This document shows, in pieces, positions 42,386 through 52,329 of a stretch of DNA of 64,000 nucleotides. The notes beneath the pieces are model-generated. The model saw nothing but the letters and a program-made list of their open reading frames with translations. It was not told where the DNA came from and did no database searches. The stretch's first letter is position 1. The number at the start of each line of letters is the position of its first letter. This stretch comes from Patescibacteria group bacterium (GTDB taxonomy: Bacteria > Patescibacteriota > Minisyncoccia > Phycocordibacterales > SBAW01): contig JAIEMM010000002.1 in the NCBI GenBank assembly GCA_019752125.1, positions 3,062 through 67,061 on the forward strand, in the 5' to 3' direction. A program made the translations under genes and the position numbers.

Positions 42386-45367
42386 ATGGCTGCGAAATTT
42401 ACCCACCTTCACGTCCATTCGCACTATTCTCTCCTTGGCGCACTGCCAAAAATCCCTGCCCTGGTTGCTATGGCAAAAGAGCGCGGACTCGAGACACTGG
42501 CCCTTACGGATATCAACAACCTCTACGGAGCGATTGAGTTTATAAAGGAATGTAAAAGCGCTGGTATTAAACCCATAGTTGGTGTTGATGTTGAACTTGA
42601 GACAAACGGACGTCTTATCCTGCTCGCAGAAAACGAGATGGGGTATAAAAATTTGCTTGCGCTTGTTACCGACTCATATTTTAGAGAGGCAGAAGGCTCG
42701 CCAGTCGTGACACATGAGATGCTGCGCGCACGTAAAGAAGGGATTATTGCCATTACGCCGCCTCGCCTTAAAGAGACGAAGGAGCTGCGAGAGATATTTG
42801 GTGCAGACAATTTATATACAGATGTAGCGCTCCATGAGATTTTCTATCTGAACCCGGAAGACCGTCGCGCATGGGAGACAATGCGAAAAATTGCACACAA
42901 CGACAACGCTGAGGGCAATAACGCATACCTTGAAGAGGAAGATTTCCACTTCCCTACCACTGCCGAAATGGAAGAGGAATTTTCAGAAGAACAGTTGGCA
43001 AAGACAATTGAAATTGCCGCACGCTGCAATCTTGAGCTTAAACTCGGCTCATGGGTATTCCCGGATATTCCTCTGCCAGAAGGCTCAACGTATGACCAAG
43101 AGCTTCGACGTTTGATTGAAGAAGGTTTACAGAAACTTGGGCTCGGCACTCCTGTCGTACGCGAACGCATAGAGTACGAATACAAAATTATTTGCGACAA
43201 AGGTTATTCTCCATACTTCCTTGTAGTGGCCGACCTTCTTAACTTCGCACGTACGAACGGCATTTTGACTACTATCCGCGGTTCGGTCGCAGGCTCGATG
43301 GTTACGTATGTCATCGGTATCACCAACGTGAACCCGCTTGAGTACAAACTGCCCTTTGAACGCTTTTTGAACCCGCAGCGTCCCAGCGCCCCCGATATCG
43401 ACATGGACTACGCCGACAACAGACGCGATGAAATGATCGATTACGTCCGCAGAAAATACGGCGAGGCCCATGTCGCACAAATTGGTACCTTCGGTACGAT
43501 GCTTGCGCGCGGCGTCGTCCGCGATGTTGCCCGTGCCTTGGGTTATCCATATGGACTTGGCGACCGTATCGCAAAAGAAATCCCCATGGGCAGCCAAGGC
43601 TTCCCCATGACCCTTGAACGCGCGCTCGTCGAGAATCCAGTTCTCGCAAAGATGTGTAAAGCAGACCCAGAAATGCAAGAAGTTATTGAGCTGGGTAAGA
43701 AACTTGAAGGATGCGCTCGACACATCTCCGTGCATGCTGCCGGCGTAGTTATTTCTCCGAAACCGCTTGTTGAATACACACCGCTCCAAAAAGATCCTAA
43801 GGGCGGCAAAATTATTACTCAATACGACATGTACTCAGTTGAAGAAGCCGGCTTGCTTAAATTCGACTTCCTCGGCATTCGAAACTTGGCAATTCTTGCG
43901 CACGCAGTGGAGCTTGTAGAAAAAATTACAGGTGAACGTGTCGAGATTGAACGTATTCCGGTTGATGACCAGAAAACATTCGAAATGCTTGCGCGCGGCG
44001 AGACAGAAGGAACCTTCCAGCTCAACGGCAGCGGCATGACACGCTACCTAAAAGAGCTCAAGCCAACGACAATCCATGACATCAACGCGATGGTGGCATT
44101 GTTCCGTCCAGGCCCGATGGAAACGATTCCTCAATATATTGAACGCAAACACAACCCGCATCTCGTCCACTATTTGGACCCTCGCATGAAAGATTATTTG
44201 GAGAACTCGCACGGCGTTATCGTATACCAGGATGACGTTCTTCTTACCTCTATTACGCTTGCGGGATATTCGTGGCTTGAAGCAGACACGCTCCGCAAGG
44301 CTATGGGTAAGAAAATCCCTGAAGTAATGGAGAAAGAAAAAGAAAAACTTCTTAAGGGCTTTGTAGAATATGGGAAACTCTCTCCTTCTCTTGCAGAAAG
44401 ACTGTGGAAGCTTATCGAGCCATTCGCCGCGTATGGTTTTAACAAAGCGCACGCTGCGAGCTATGGAAAAGTAGCGTATCAAACGGCGTACATGAAAGCG
44501 CACTACCCTGCGCCCTACATGGCCGCAGTACTTACGGCAGAGTCCGGCAACCTCGACACAATCTCTGTGATGGTTGCCGAATGTAAGCGTATGGGTATTG
44601 AAATTTTGCCACCCGACATTAACGAAAGTTTCGGCGACTTCACGGTGGTTACAAATGCAATTCGCTTCGGTCTCTATTCTATAAAAAACTTCGGGCAGGG
44701 CGTGGCAGATGCGATCATCGCAGAGCGGAAAGCAAACGGGGCATTCATTTCGCTTTCTGATTTCCTTACGCGCGTCAGCTCGACCAGCTTAAATAAAAAA
44801 GGTCTTGAGTCACTCATCCAGTGCGGCGCACTCGACTCGTTTGGCGAACGCGGGCAAATGCTCGCAAACTTAGAGCTCCTTCTGCAATACCACCGCGATG
44901 CAGGCACAGAGCAATCACAGGACTCTTTGTTTGCAGGGTTGGAGAGTAACAGCTCCGATATTCAACTAAAAGACGCTCCAGCTGCAACTACTCCAGAGCG
45001 TTTGGTGTGGGAAAAAGAACTATTGGGTCTCTACGTTTCTGGCCATCCACTAGACCAACATCGTGAAAAACTTTCCAAGCGCCCGATGACTATTGAACAA
45101 ATGAAACAGCGCATCATGCCTGGCATGACCGCAGTTGCAGCTGGCATGATAGAAGATGTCCGCACACTCCTGACACGCGGCGGCGACCAGATGGCATTTA
45201 TAAAAATCGCTGACTTCGATGGCTCTATCGAAGCAGTAGTATTCCCAAAAAGTTTCGAAGAGTACAAAACTATTCTCAAGCCCGATACCTGCATTGCCCT
45301 CAAGGGTCGTCTTTCAAACCGCAATGGCGAGCTTTCCATGGTTGCCGAGGCACTCAAAGCGCTGTAA
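42386..45367 (+). CDS. dnaE: DNA polymerase III alpha subunit
   Basis: PHP domain (HLHVHSHYSLL), polymerase core and OB-fold. Start taken at ATG 42386 (MAAKFTHLHVHS). Confidence 0.9.
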   Translation: MAAKFTHLHVHSHYSLLGALPKIPALVAMAKERGLETLALTDINNLYGAIEFIKECKSAGIKPIVGVDVELETNGRLILLAENEMGYKNLLALVTDSYFREAEGSPVVTHEMLRARKEGIIAITPPRLKETKELREIFGADNLYTDVALHEIFYLNPEDRRAWETMRKIAHNDNAEGNNAYLEEEDFHFPTTAEMEEEFSEEQLAKTIEIAARCNLELKLGSWVFPDIPLPEGSTYDQELRRLIEEGLQKLGLGTPVVRERIEYEYKIICDKGYSPYFLVVADLLNFARTNGILTTIRGSVAGSMVTYVIGITNVNPLEYKLPFERFLNPQRPSAPDIDMDYADNRRDEMIDYVRRKYGEAHVAQIGTFGTMLARGVVRDVARALGYPYGLGDRIAKEIPMGSQGFPMTLERALVENPVLAKMCKADPEMQEVIELGKKLEGCARHISVHAAGVVISPKPLVEYTPLQKDPKGGKIITQYDMYSVEEAGLLKFDFLGIRNLAILAHAVELVEKITGERVEIERIPVDDQKTFEMLARGETEGTFQLNGSGMTRYLKELKPTTIHDINAMVALFRPGPMETIPQYIERKHNPHLVHYLDPRMKDYLENSHGVIVYQDDVLLTSITLAGYSWLEADTLRKAMGKKIPEVMEKEKEKLLKGFVEYGKLSPSLAERLWKLIEPFAAYGFNKAHAASYGKVAYQTAYMKAHYPAPYMAAVLTAESGNLDTISVMVAECKRMGIEILPPDINESFGDFTVVTNAIRFGLYSIKNFGQGVADAIIAERKANGAFISLSDFLTRVSSTSLNKKGLESLIQCGALDSFGERGQMLANLELLLQYHRDAGTEQSQDSLFAGLESNSSDIQLKDAPAATTPERLVWEKELLGLYVSGHPLDQHREKLSKRPMTIEQMKQRIMPGMTAVAAGMIEDVRTLLTRGGDQMAFIKIADFDGSIEAVVFPKSFEEYKTILKPDTCIALKGRLSNRNGELSMVAEALKAL

Positions 45368-45379
45368 TCTTTGCTATAT

Positions 45380-46594
45380 ATGGAAGAACGCGACCACCGA
45401 ATCATTGGCAAGGAACTAGACCTGTTTACATTTTCTGACCTTGTCGGATCAGGTCTCCCACTTTGGACACCCAAAGGTACAACATTTAGAACTGAGCTGG
45501 ATACATTTATCTGGGAAATGCGCGAAGCGCGTGGATATGAACGCGTAACTATTCCCCACATTACAAAGCGCGACTTGTACGAAAAGTCGGGACATTGGGA
45601 CAAATTTGCTGAAGATCTTTTTAAGATCACATCACGCGAAGGTCGCGAATATGCGATGAAGCCGATGAACTGCCCGCACCATACGCAGATTTTTGACCGC
45701 CACCCTCACAGCTACCGTCAGATGCCGCAGCGCTATGCGGAAACTACAATGGTGTACCGCGATGAACAGTCGGGAGAACTCGGCGGCCTTACCCGCGTGC
45801 TTTCGATCACTCAAGATGACGCACACGTTTTCTGCCGTACAACTCAAGTACGCGAAGAATTCCTAAAGATCTGGGACATGGTGGATGAATTCTACAAAAA
45901 ATTCGGATTCACCTTGCGTGTCCGCCTTTCTTTCCGCGACCCAGCCGCACCTGAAAAATACATCGGCACTCCTGCTGTATGGGATGCTGCAGAAGCAGAG
46001 CTTCGCAGCCTCGCAGAAGAACGCGGCGCAGATACATTTGAAGGACCCGGCGAAGCTGCTCTGTACGGACCAAAGCTCGACTTTATGGCAAAGAACGCAG
46101 CGGGCCGCGAATGGCAAGTTGCAACTATCCAGCTCGACATGAACATTCCTGAACGCTTTGACCTCACCTGCATAAACGAAAAAGGAGAAAAAGAACGCAT
46201 CGTGATGATACACGCCGCTATCGCAGGTTCTCTTGAACGCTGCGCAGCAGTGCTTCTTGAACACTTTGATGGAAAACTTCCACTCTGGCTCTCGCCTGTA
46301 CAAGTTGCCATCCTTCCTGTTGGCGAAGGTCACCACGCATACGCAAAAGAAGTGTTTGCTCAGCTAAAAAGTGCTGGTATCCGCGCAGAACTTTCTATGG
46401 ACGAATCTCTCGGCAAGCGTATCCGTGGAACAAAAGAGCAGCGCGTTCCCTGCTTTATCGTTGTCGGTGACAAAGAAGTTGCTGAAGGCACGATAACGGT
46501 TGAGAACAACCGCAATGGTGACAAAGCTACTGTCTCAATTGCAGATTTTGTCGCGCCAACTCTCGAGCGCATCAAAGAACGCGCAAATATTTAA
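45380..46594 (+). CDS. thrS: threonyl-tRNA synthetase, catalytic plus anticodon-binding domains only (no N-terminal TGS/editing domains)
   Basis: Begins directly at the catalytic-core motif RDHRIIGKELDLF, with class II motifs (KPMNCPHH, FRDP). 404 aa against about 640 aa for canonical ThrRS. Confidence 0.8.
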   Translation: MEERDHRIIGKELDLFTFSDLVGSGLPLWTPKGTTFRTELDTFIWEMREARGYERVTIPHITKRDLYEKSGHWDKFAEDLFKITSREGREYAMKPMNCPHHTQIFDRHPHSYRQMPQRYAETTMVYRDEQSGELGGLTRVLSITQDDAHVFCRTTQVREEFLKIWDMVDEFYKKFGFTLRVRLSFRDPAAPEKYIGTPAVWDAAEAELRSLAEERGADTFEGPGEAALYGPKLDFMAKNAAGREWQVATIQLDMNIPERFDLTCINEKGEKERIVMIHAAIAGSLERCAAVLLEHFDGKLPLWLSPVQVAILPVGEGHHAYAKEVFAQLKSAGIRAELSMDESLGKRIRGTKEQRVPCFIVVGDKEVAEGTITVENNRNGDKATVSIADFVAPTLERIKERANI

Positions 46595-47510
46595 CGATAG
46601 AATTTTGAACCCGCTTCACTATCAATAGATAGGCTCCGAGCGCTGCCCATAAAAACAAGAACGCCCAGTACGCTATCGTCCCACCCATTCCAAGCTCAAG
46701 ACCTGTGTATGGTATTTGAGAAAGCGTAACAACAGGAGTAGGTAGTGGCACATACATCGGCGCTTCATATCTATAGTTATAGTGTGGACGATAATTGTTG
46801 TACGCAATATTATTTTGCAATAAGTTACAGGTTGGATACACACCGGCATATCCTTGCGGACATCCTGTCGCAAAACTGTACGAGCCGTTTTGATAGTTTG
46901 AATACGAGTTAGTGGTCGTATTTGTTGTGTTATACGAGCTGCTGTTCGTCGTGTTGTTGGTTGTGTTGCAACTGTTGTTTATACAGGAATTGTTAGTTGC
47001 TGTTGTTACCACAACACAGTTAGGAAACGTGCCGGTTGTGCCCGCAGGACAAAGGACTGGTGCAGGTGGAGGCACGGGAGGAGCGACCACAGGAGAAACT
47101 GAGCTTCCGCCTCCACCACCGCCTCCGCCCACACTGCCTCCCCCAACACCGCCGCTGCCGTCATCACCGCTTCCACCGCCACCAGCGTCGCCTCCGCCGC
47201 CACAGCATCCGCCGCCGCTGCCAGCGTCACCTCCACCGTCGCCCCCAGCACCGCCACCTGCGCCGCCATCACCTCCAGCGCCCCCGCCGCCATCGCCACC
47301 ACCATCGCCTCCTCCACCGCCATCTTGTGCGTGAACAATAGTCCCGTGGAAAAATGCGCTTCCAAGCCCATGGCCAGCAAAGTTAGTTACAAGCGCTGCA
47401 ATAAAAATAAAGCCGGTTGCCAATACAACTCCTCCGATAATCCGTAATAAATGCGACATATAGGTAATGATTTTATTAATAGTGTGCTGAATATTTGATG
47501 AGGTTTTCAT
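46572..47510 (-). CDS. Gly-rich secreted protein with C-terminal IPYTG sortase sorting signal
   Basis: Signal peptide ending VHAQD, then a long GGGD/GGGA low-complexity tract and an N/T/S/Y-rich region. C-terminus SQIPYTGLELG, hydrophobic helix, KRVQN. Confidence 0.6.
   Translation of the reverse strand: MKTSSNIQHTINKIITYMSHLLRIIGGVVLATGFIFIAALVTNFAGHGLGSAFFHGTIVHAQDGGGGGDGGGDGGGGAGGDGGAGGGAGGDGGGDAGSGGGCCGGGGDAGGGGSGDDGSGGVGGGSVGGGGGGGGSSVSPVVAPPVPPPAPVLCPAGTTGTFPNCVVVTTATNNSCINNSCNTTNNTTNSSSYNTTNTTTNSYSNYQNGSYSFATGCPQGYAGVYPTCNLLQNNIAYNNYRPHYNYRYEAPMYVPLPTPVVTLSQIPYTGLELGMGGTIAYWAFLFLWAALGAYLLIVKRVQNSIVKYLRVL
47040..47330. repeat. low-complexity GC-skewed (ggcgg)n coding repeat
   Basis: Encodes the poly-Gly/Asp/Ala tract of the IPYTG protein. 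Confidence 0.6.
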
Positions 47511-47534
47511 AAAAAATCGGAGGAGGCTTTCGCC

Positions 47535-48050
47535 TTACCCCCGATACTGCTTTGCTTTGAGCTGTGTACATCCCTGGTCGCACAGAACCAGGTCGAGAAT
47601 ACATTCTCGTGCGCCAAGTTTGATACACCAGTTGTTGCAGACTTCAGGACGGAAGATTGCATAGAAGCGCGCTTCCCCGCCTGTGTGGCGCTGTGCGGTG
47701 TACATCGTCATCCTTCGAGATGCATTGCCCCAGGCCGCAAGGTCGGATGGGTCCACGATAACGTTTGGTACCTGTTGAGTGGCGCCGAACATCATACGTG
47801 TCACCTGCCAGTTCTCGAAAACAAGAGACTGGGTCCCTTGATTTTGCTGGACCTTGCGGCGCAGCTCATCGGTGACATCCGGGTCTCGTGCAAAGAGATC
47901 CCCGAAGGCACGTAGTGCATCATCGAGCGTTCCTCTGTACGGATCGCCGCCAGGCTTACGCCAGTGGAAGAACCTATCGTCGGCCAGCACAGGGTTGAGC
48001 CCAAGCGTTGCAGCCGCCACACCCGCAAGGAGAAAATTACGTCGCCTCAT
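47535..48050 (-). CDS. secreted protein with twin-arginine (Tat) signal
   Basis: N-terminal MRRRNFLLAGVAAATLGL. About 57% GC. Last gene of a three-gene minus-strand unit. Confidence 0.45.
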   Translation of the reverse strand: MRRRNFLLAGVAAATLGLNPVLADDRFFHWRKPGGDPYRGTLDDALRAFGDLFARDPDVTDELRRKVQQNQGTQSLVFENWQVTRMMFGATQQVPNVIVDPSDLAAWGNASRRMTMYTAQRHTGGEARFYAIFRPEVCNNWCIKLGARECILDLVLCDQGCTQLKAKQYRG

Positions 48051-48052
48051 GG

Positions 48053-48763
48053 CTAGTTACTCCCATGAACAAAGTAGAAGAGCGAAGCTTTTTCTCCGTT
48101 TAGGATGCGCTGCTCAACGCGGCTAACGCCAGGGGTGTCGCTTGGCCTCGCAATCTGCGTGCTGGGTTTTCCAGCAAACCGTCCACGAATGATGGGCGCG
48201 TTGTACTTTGTTGGAATGTTCAACGCCACAGCAGGTGTAAACGAAAGATGTTTCCCTTCGCCGTCGACCAATTGCGTAAGTGGTGCACGAGGCAACACAA
48301 GCGCTACCTGACCATTCACCACCGGCCCACCTTGAGCCTTTCCATGAACCGAAGCGACCACCTTTGACCAACCAGGCACATCAGGCTGAACCGGAAACAT
48401 GCCGAGGCAGTATCCATTACCGATCAAGACTGGTAGATGCGAAGGTAAGCGTTTAGGGTTGACGTTCAGATGAAATGTCACTTCCATCGAACCGAAGTAC
48501 CGACCGACAGTTTTATAGAGCGTTTGCCCCGCCTCATTACCTTGCGCGGTGATGGCGCTATACGCACGCGCTCCATCGCCGACAACAAGAACATCGATGT
48601 GGAAATTTCTTGCCGCATCGTAATGAACGTCCTGGCCGGGTGTGCACACAGGAACTGGCGAGGATCCTTGGTCGGCAACAAACGAACTCCCTGCACCCGT
48701 GCCTGTAGAGACACACGCACCAAGCAAGAGCACTACGCACAATGACATCATGAGATTTCTCAT
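48053..48763 (-). CDS. putative lipoprotein
   Basis: Signal peptide with lipobox-like LLLGAC. About 57% GC. The next gene starts 3 nt downstream. Confidence 0.4.
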   Translation of the reverse strand: MRNLMMSLCVVLLLGACVSTGTGAGSSFVADQGSSPVPVCTPGQDVHYDAARNFHIDVLVVGDGARAYSAITAQGNEAGQTLYKTVGRYFGSMEVTFHLNVNPKRLPSHLPVLIGNGYCLGMFPVQPDVPGWSKVVASVHGKAQGGPVVNGQVALVLPRAPLTQLVDGEGKHLSFTPAVALNIPTKYNAPIIRGRFAGKPSTQIARPSDTPGVSRVEQRILNGEKASLFYFVHGSN

Positions 48764-48890
48764 GGTTTTTCCTTTCGTATGAAGATCTGACTGAAGACAT
48801 CATGACCTTTTATGTGTGAAGGACTGATGAGCGTATAGTGCAGGTAAGAAAAAGACCGTACCTCGCCGGGTGGCGAAATACGGTCTGTAG

Positions 48891-49367
48891 TTATTGGCGT
48901 TGCACTTTAGGCAACGAAGCTGGTCTATTCGGCAGATTGCCTGGCGAAGGGACCATGTCGATGACGTGGCTGCTGTTGGCGTAGGCGGCCATACGGTCGC
49001 GTGACATGACCCGCCCGGCATCATCGGTACACCATTCAAAGATGTGCCCTTTATTGAGCCAGTGTCCGCTGATGCAGAAGCGATCGTACGCCTCCTTCGT
49101 CTCGCTGTGTTGCAGATTAGCGGCATTGACCTGAACACCGTTCGCGTCGTAGATATTGAGTGTCACGACACCTGCCCTAGTCTGGTGGATGTTGTACCAC
49201 CGTGGATCAGGACAGTTGGTCGGCGTTCCCGGTTGCTGAAGATGCTTCAGACACGCCGGGTTTGTGGGGTTTGCCCCGCAATCTGCCTGCTGCGCACTGC
49301 TCACAGAAAAACTCAAGGCAAGCAGAAAGGCGGCAAGCGTTAGCACGAGAAACTTCTTACACATCAC
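48891..49367 (-). CDS. secreted Cys-containing protein
   Basis: Sec signal peptide (LALSFSVSSAQQ), six Cys. Elevated GC. Confidence 0.4.
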   Translation of the reverse strand: MMCKKFLVLTLAAFLLALSFSVSSAQQADCGANPTNPACLKHLQQPGTPTNCPDPRWYNIHQTRAGVVTLNIYDANGVQVNAANLQHSETKEAYDRFCISGHWLNKGHIFEWCTDDAGRVMSRDRMAAYANSSHVIDMVPSPGNLPNRPASLPKVQRQ

Positions 49368-49444
49368 AAGGTACTCCTTTTGGCTGCATCTTCCTTCACT
49401 CCACTACACGTGGATTGCGAAGACATAGCCGACCATCTCAAATA

Positions 49445-50083
49445 TTAATTAGAGACGATCGAATATGCCCCTACAAAATCTGCGGTGACAATGAACCGAT
49501 TACTTTTAGTTGAGAACGAATCGCACGTAACAAGCGTCAGGTGTTTTCCTTGAGGAGTTAGCTCAATAGAATCTTGGTTTGCATCCGCAACCTTTACTCC
49601 GACGACGCTGTATTGGTAATCAATATCCGATGAATACACGTGGATTATTTGTCCGGTCTTCAGTTTCTGAATATCATCGAATGCTTTATATGCTTGGTTA
49701 TGAACTACAGGTAGATAACTGCTGTGTCCAAACAAAAGCACTGTCCCATCAACACCAAGCTGTGCAGATGTTGGATAGCGGACCGAGCCTTTCAACAAGG
49801 CTTGGTCGAGCACCTCAACATCAGTCGAGACTGGATTGGCTATGGTTGCATCAAGACCAACATCTTTTGCAACCACACGCACAGGCATCTGAGGCGCCGA
49901 TACAGTCGCAGGATTTTCCTGAGTATCTGTTATTGGCCCATCTATAACCTGCGGATGTATAGGGTCAGGAGTTACACCAACACTGCGCAGAAAGACAAAC
50001 GTCAGAATGAATATAGCGATGAACGCAAGCGCAAATGCGCCTCGACGTTCACCAACTTCTCTAATTGCTCCTTTATGTGTCAT
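49445..50083 (-). CDS. sortase (transpeptidase)
   Basis: N-terminal TM anchor, catalytic His (LLFGHSS), TLVTC active-site Cys motif and conserved Arg (RFIVTADF). Confidence 0.7.
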   Translation of the reverse strand: MTHKGAIREVGERRGAFALAFIAIFILTFVFLRSVGVTPDPIHPQVIDGPITDTQENPATVSAPQMPVRVVAKDVGLDATIANPVSTDVEVLDQALLKGSVRYPTSAQLGVDGTVLLFGHSSYLPVVHNQAYKAFDDIQKLKTGQIIHVYSSDIDYQYSVVGVKVADANQDSIELTPQGKHLTLVTCDSFSTKSNRFIVTADFVGAYSIVSN

Positions 50084-50103
50084 AGCGTTTGTCGCCCAGA
50101 GTT

Positions 50104-51204
50104 TTATGCGCGTGCGCGGTTCTGGATCTGCGACATGATGAACGAGTCGATTGCGTCATGTCCGCGCTGAGCGTCAGAAACTTTCGCGGATGCCGGAGCA
50201 TATGTGAGAGCCTGCGCAACATCATCCGATCGGTTCTGTCGAACCGCGGCCTGATGTTGCTGCGGCATATGCGAAGCGTGCGACACTTCAAAGTTTTTCG
50301 CAGGTTCGGTAACTTTTTCACCGAAAAGGAAAGCCATGAATTTATTTTGCACACGCTTTACTACGATGAGGTACGCCGCAAAGAGGCACCAGAGTATAAG
50401 GAAGCCCCAGTATGCAAGTGTGCCCCAAAAACCAAGCTCAAGACCAGTATACGGGATTGATGAAAGGCTGATGTATGGGTTAGTCACACCCGAAGAAGTG
50501 ATGATGACTGGTGGTGTATATGGCTGTGAGTACGAATAACTTGGGTACGAGTAGCTTGGATATGAGTAGCTTGGATATGAGTACGACGGACTCGTATATG
50601 TAACTGTCGGAGAAGGATTTGTGATAATTGTGTTTGCAGTATTGCAGTTATTCGTGCCGACACAGTTGCTGTACGTGTATGTGTAGTTGCTGTTTGTATT
50701 TACATTGTTATAACCACCTCCGCCGTACGATGGGTATGAGTATCCGCCACCGTAGTACCCTCCGTATCCACCGCCTACTGAATAACTTGAACCGTAGAGG
50801 TAACTGTCAGAAGTGTAGGCGTAGCCTGTGTCTGGAGTATATGTATACCCATAGTCCGGAGTGTATGAGTAGCCAGAATCTACAGCATAGCTGTAACCAG
50901 CATCTGGTGTGTAGCTGAAAGAAGAGTCTGGAGTATAGCTGAAAGAAGAGTCTGGAGTATAGCTGTAGGAAGCGTCTGGAGTGTATGAGTAGCCCGAGTA
51001 GTCACAACAACCACCGTTATAACCGTAATCAAAGCTACCACTGTATCCACCACCATAGTCTGGAGTGTATGAGTAGTCACCTCCGTAGTCCTGAGCGTGA
51101 GCTGTGTGCACAAGGCCGAAAGAGAACGTCATTGCAAGTGCAAGTACGACGAAAGAGCCGAGCAAAGCAATGCTGAATGAATTGTCTTTATATGTTGCGT
51201 TCAT
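50104..51204 (-). CDS. Tyr/Ser/Thr/Pro/Asp-rich repeat surface protein with internal IPYTG sorting signal and an ~80-aa C-terminal tail
   Basis: Signal peptide ending AHAQD, then YSYTPD and SYSYP repeats. SSIPYTGLELG, a TM helix and KRVQN are followed by ~80 extra residues, which is unusual for sortase substrates. Confidence 0.6.
   Translation of the reverse strand: MNATYKDNSFSIALLGSFVVLALAMTFSFGLVHTAHAQDYGGDYSYTPDYGGGYSGSFDYGYNGGCCDYSGYSYTPDASYSYTPDSSFSYTPDSSFSYTPDAGYSYAVDSGYSYTPDYGYTYTPDTGYAYTSDSYLYGSSYSVGGGYGGYYGGGYSYPSYGGGGYNNVNTNSNYTYTYSNCVGTNNCNTANTIITNPSPTVTYTSPSYSYPSYSYPSYSYPSYSYSQPYTPPVIITSSGVTNPYISLSSIPYTGLELGFWGTLAYWGFLILWCLFAAYLIVVKRVQNKFMAFLFGEKVTEPAKNFEVSHASHMPQQHQAAVRQNRSDDVAQALTYAPASAKVSDAQRGHDAIDSFIMSQIQNRARA
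50226..50268. repeat. CCGATCGGTTCT..CGAACCGCGGCC-family 43-nt element (copy 2), in-frame in the surface-protein tail
   Basis: ccgatcggttctgtcgaaccgcggcctgatgttgctgcggcat. Matches the copy at 7692-7734 inside the PMM gene at 39 of 43 positions. Confidence 0.65.
50889..50990. repeat. tandem 24-nt coding repeats (agctgaaagaagagtctggagtat x2, plus a degenerate third)
   Basis: Seen directly; encodes the SFSYTPD repeats. A second short tandem (gagtagcttggatat x2) lies at about 50550-50579. Confidence 0.6.
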
Positions 51205-51363
51205 AATTCTTTCTTTTATTACTAATCGACCTTGTGCAGGTCATTTTATCCACAAACACCGGAGTGTTTATGGACAAGTGATGCGCACAAGTTACTAAAG
51301 AACGTTCTCTTTGTCTAAGGAGCAGGTGCCAAATCACACCTGCTCCTTGGAGTCGTCCGGCTG

Positions 51364-52140
51364 TTACCGGTCGACCTTAATCTCGGCCACGGTGGGTGCC
51401 TTGCCGAGCAAGTAGCCCGAGCTGTCGGCGATCGCGACGTTCTTGCCATCGCGATCGCGGACGATGTAGAGCTTTTGGCCGCTCTGGCAGTCCTTGAGCT
51501 CGGAGCCGATGGTGGCGAAGTTGAATTCCTTCAACCCGTTCATCTTCTGCTTGCTCTTCACGCCGACGCGGTGCTTGCCCTCGACCCCTGCCTTCTGGCA
51601 GTCGACGAGGGCGCCCTTGACCAGGAGTTCCGGACTCACATCGACTCCGGAGAACCTGGCGATGGCCGCCTCGACCTCGCCGATCGGAGCGTTCAGGACA
51701 TTGCTCTCGCTTCCCTCCTTGAAGGCGCCGGCCAGGGCCTCGATGCTCACGCCAGGCGTGAAAACACGAAACGGCTGGGCCGGAACCTGCACAGCAGGCG
51801 CCTGAGCGGCGACCTGCGGAGCCGGCACTGTCGGCCGCTGAGCAGCCTTGTCCAGTTCGTACTGCCGACGGAGCTCGTCCAGGTCGCCCTGGTTGAGCAC
51901 GACGGCCCCCGGCGCTGTTCCTGCAACCGGTACGAGGTTGGACACAGACGGAGCCGAGACCGTGGAGGTGGGCGCATCGTTGCGCTTGCACCATCCGGTA
52001 CCTGGAGTCGCCGGCTTTCCATCCGGCGTGCACCGATAGTGCTGCGGCGACGGAGCCGATCCGTAGAACTGAGCCTGTGCCGAAGTGGCGGCGAACAGGA
52101 ACGCAGTGGCCAAGACGGCCGAAACGATACGATTCAACAT
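51364..52140 (-). CDS. GC-rich secreted protein
   Basis: About 62% GC. Signal peptide (AATSAQAQF) and Pro/Ala-rich linker. A 12-bp stem hairpin (aaggagcaggtg...cacctgctcctt) lies downstream at about 51318-51351. Confidence 0.4.
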   Translation of the reverse strand: MLNRIVSAVLATAFLFAATSAQAQFYGSAPSPQHYRCTPDGKPATPGTGWCKRNDAPTSTVSAPSVSNLVPVAGTAPGAVVLNQGDLDELRRQYELDKAAQRPTVPAPQVAAQAPAVQVPAQPFRVFTPGVSIEALAGAFKEGSESNVLNAPIGEVEAAIARFSGVDVSPELLVKGALVDCQKAGVEGKHRVGVKSKQKMNGLKEFNFATIGSELKDCQSGQKLYIVRDRDGKNVAIADSSGYLLGKAPTVAEIKVDR

Positions 52141-52329
52141 GATAATAGGCCCTCCTTAGGCCAGATGAAGCTCGAGATTGAGCTGTTTCAAAGATTTCGC
52201 TTCACCCAAAGCTTCATAGAATATCCAGAGAGCTTTGGTACGATGTAGCTATTATAAATCTCATTACAACCTTTGTCAAGTCCAGCCAGTAACACAACAA
52301 AAAGCCTTACTTGACAAGTATTTTTAACT

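Noticed and set aside
46912-47380. Poly-proline ORF (PPPPPP...) and other ORFs antisense to the Gly-rich IPYTG protein
   Set aside because: Reverse-complement artefact of the (ggcgg)n low-complexity tract. The sense frame has a signal peptide and a sorting signal.
51377-52248. Alternative-frame 218-aa and 257-aa ORFs across the GC-rich secreted-protein gene
   Set aside because: Arg/Gly/Pro-rich GC-frame artefacts. The frame with a signal peptide and sensible composition (51364-52140, minus strand) was chosen.
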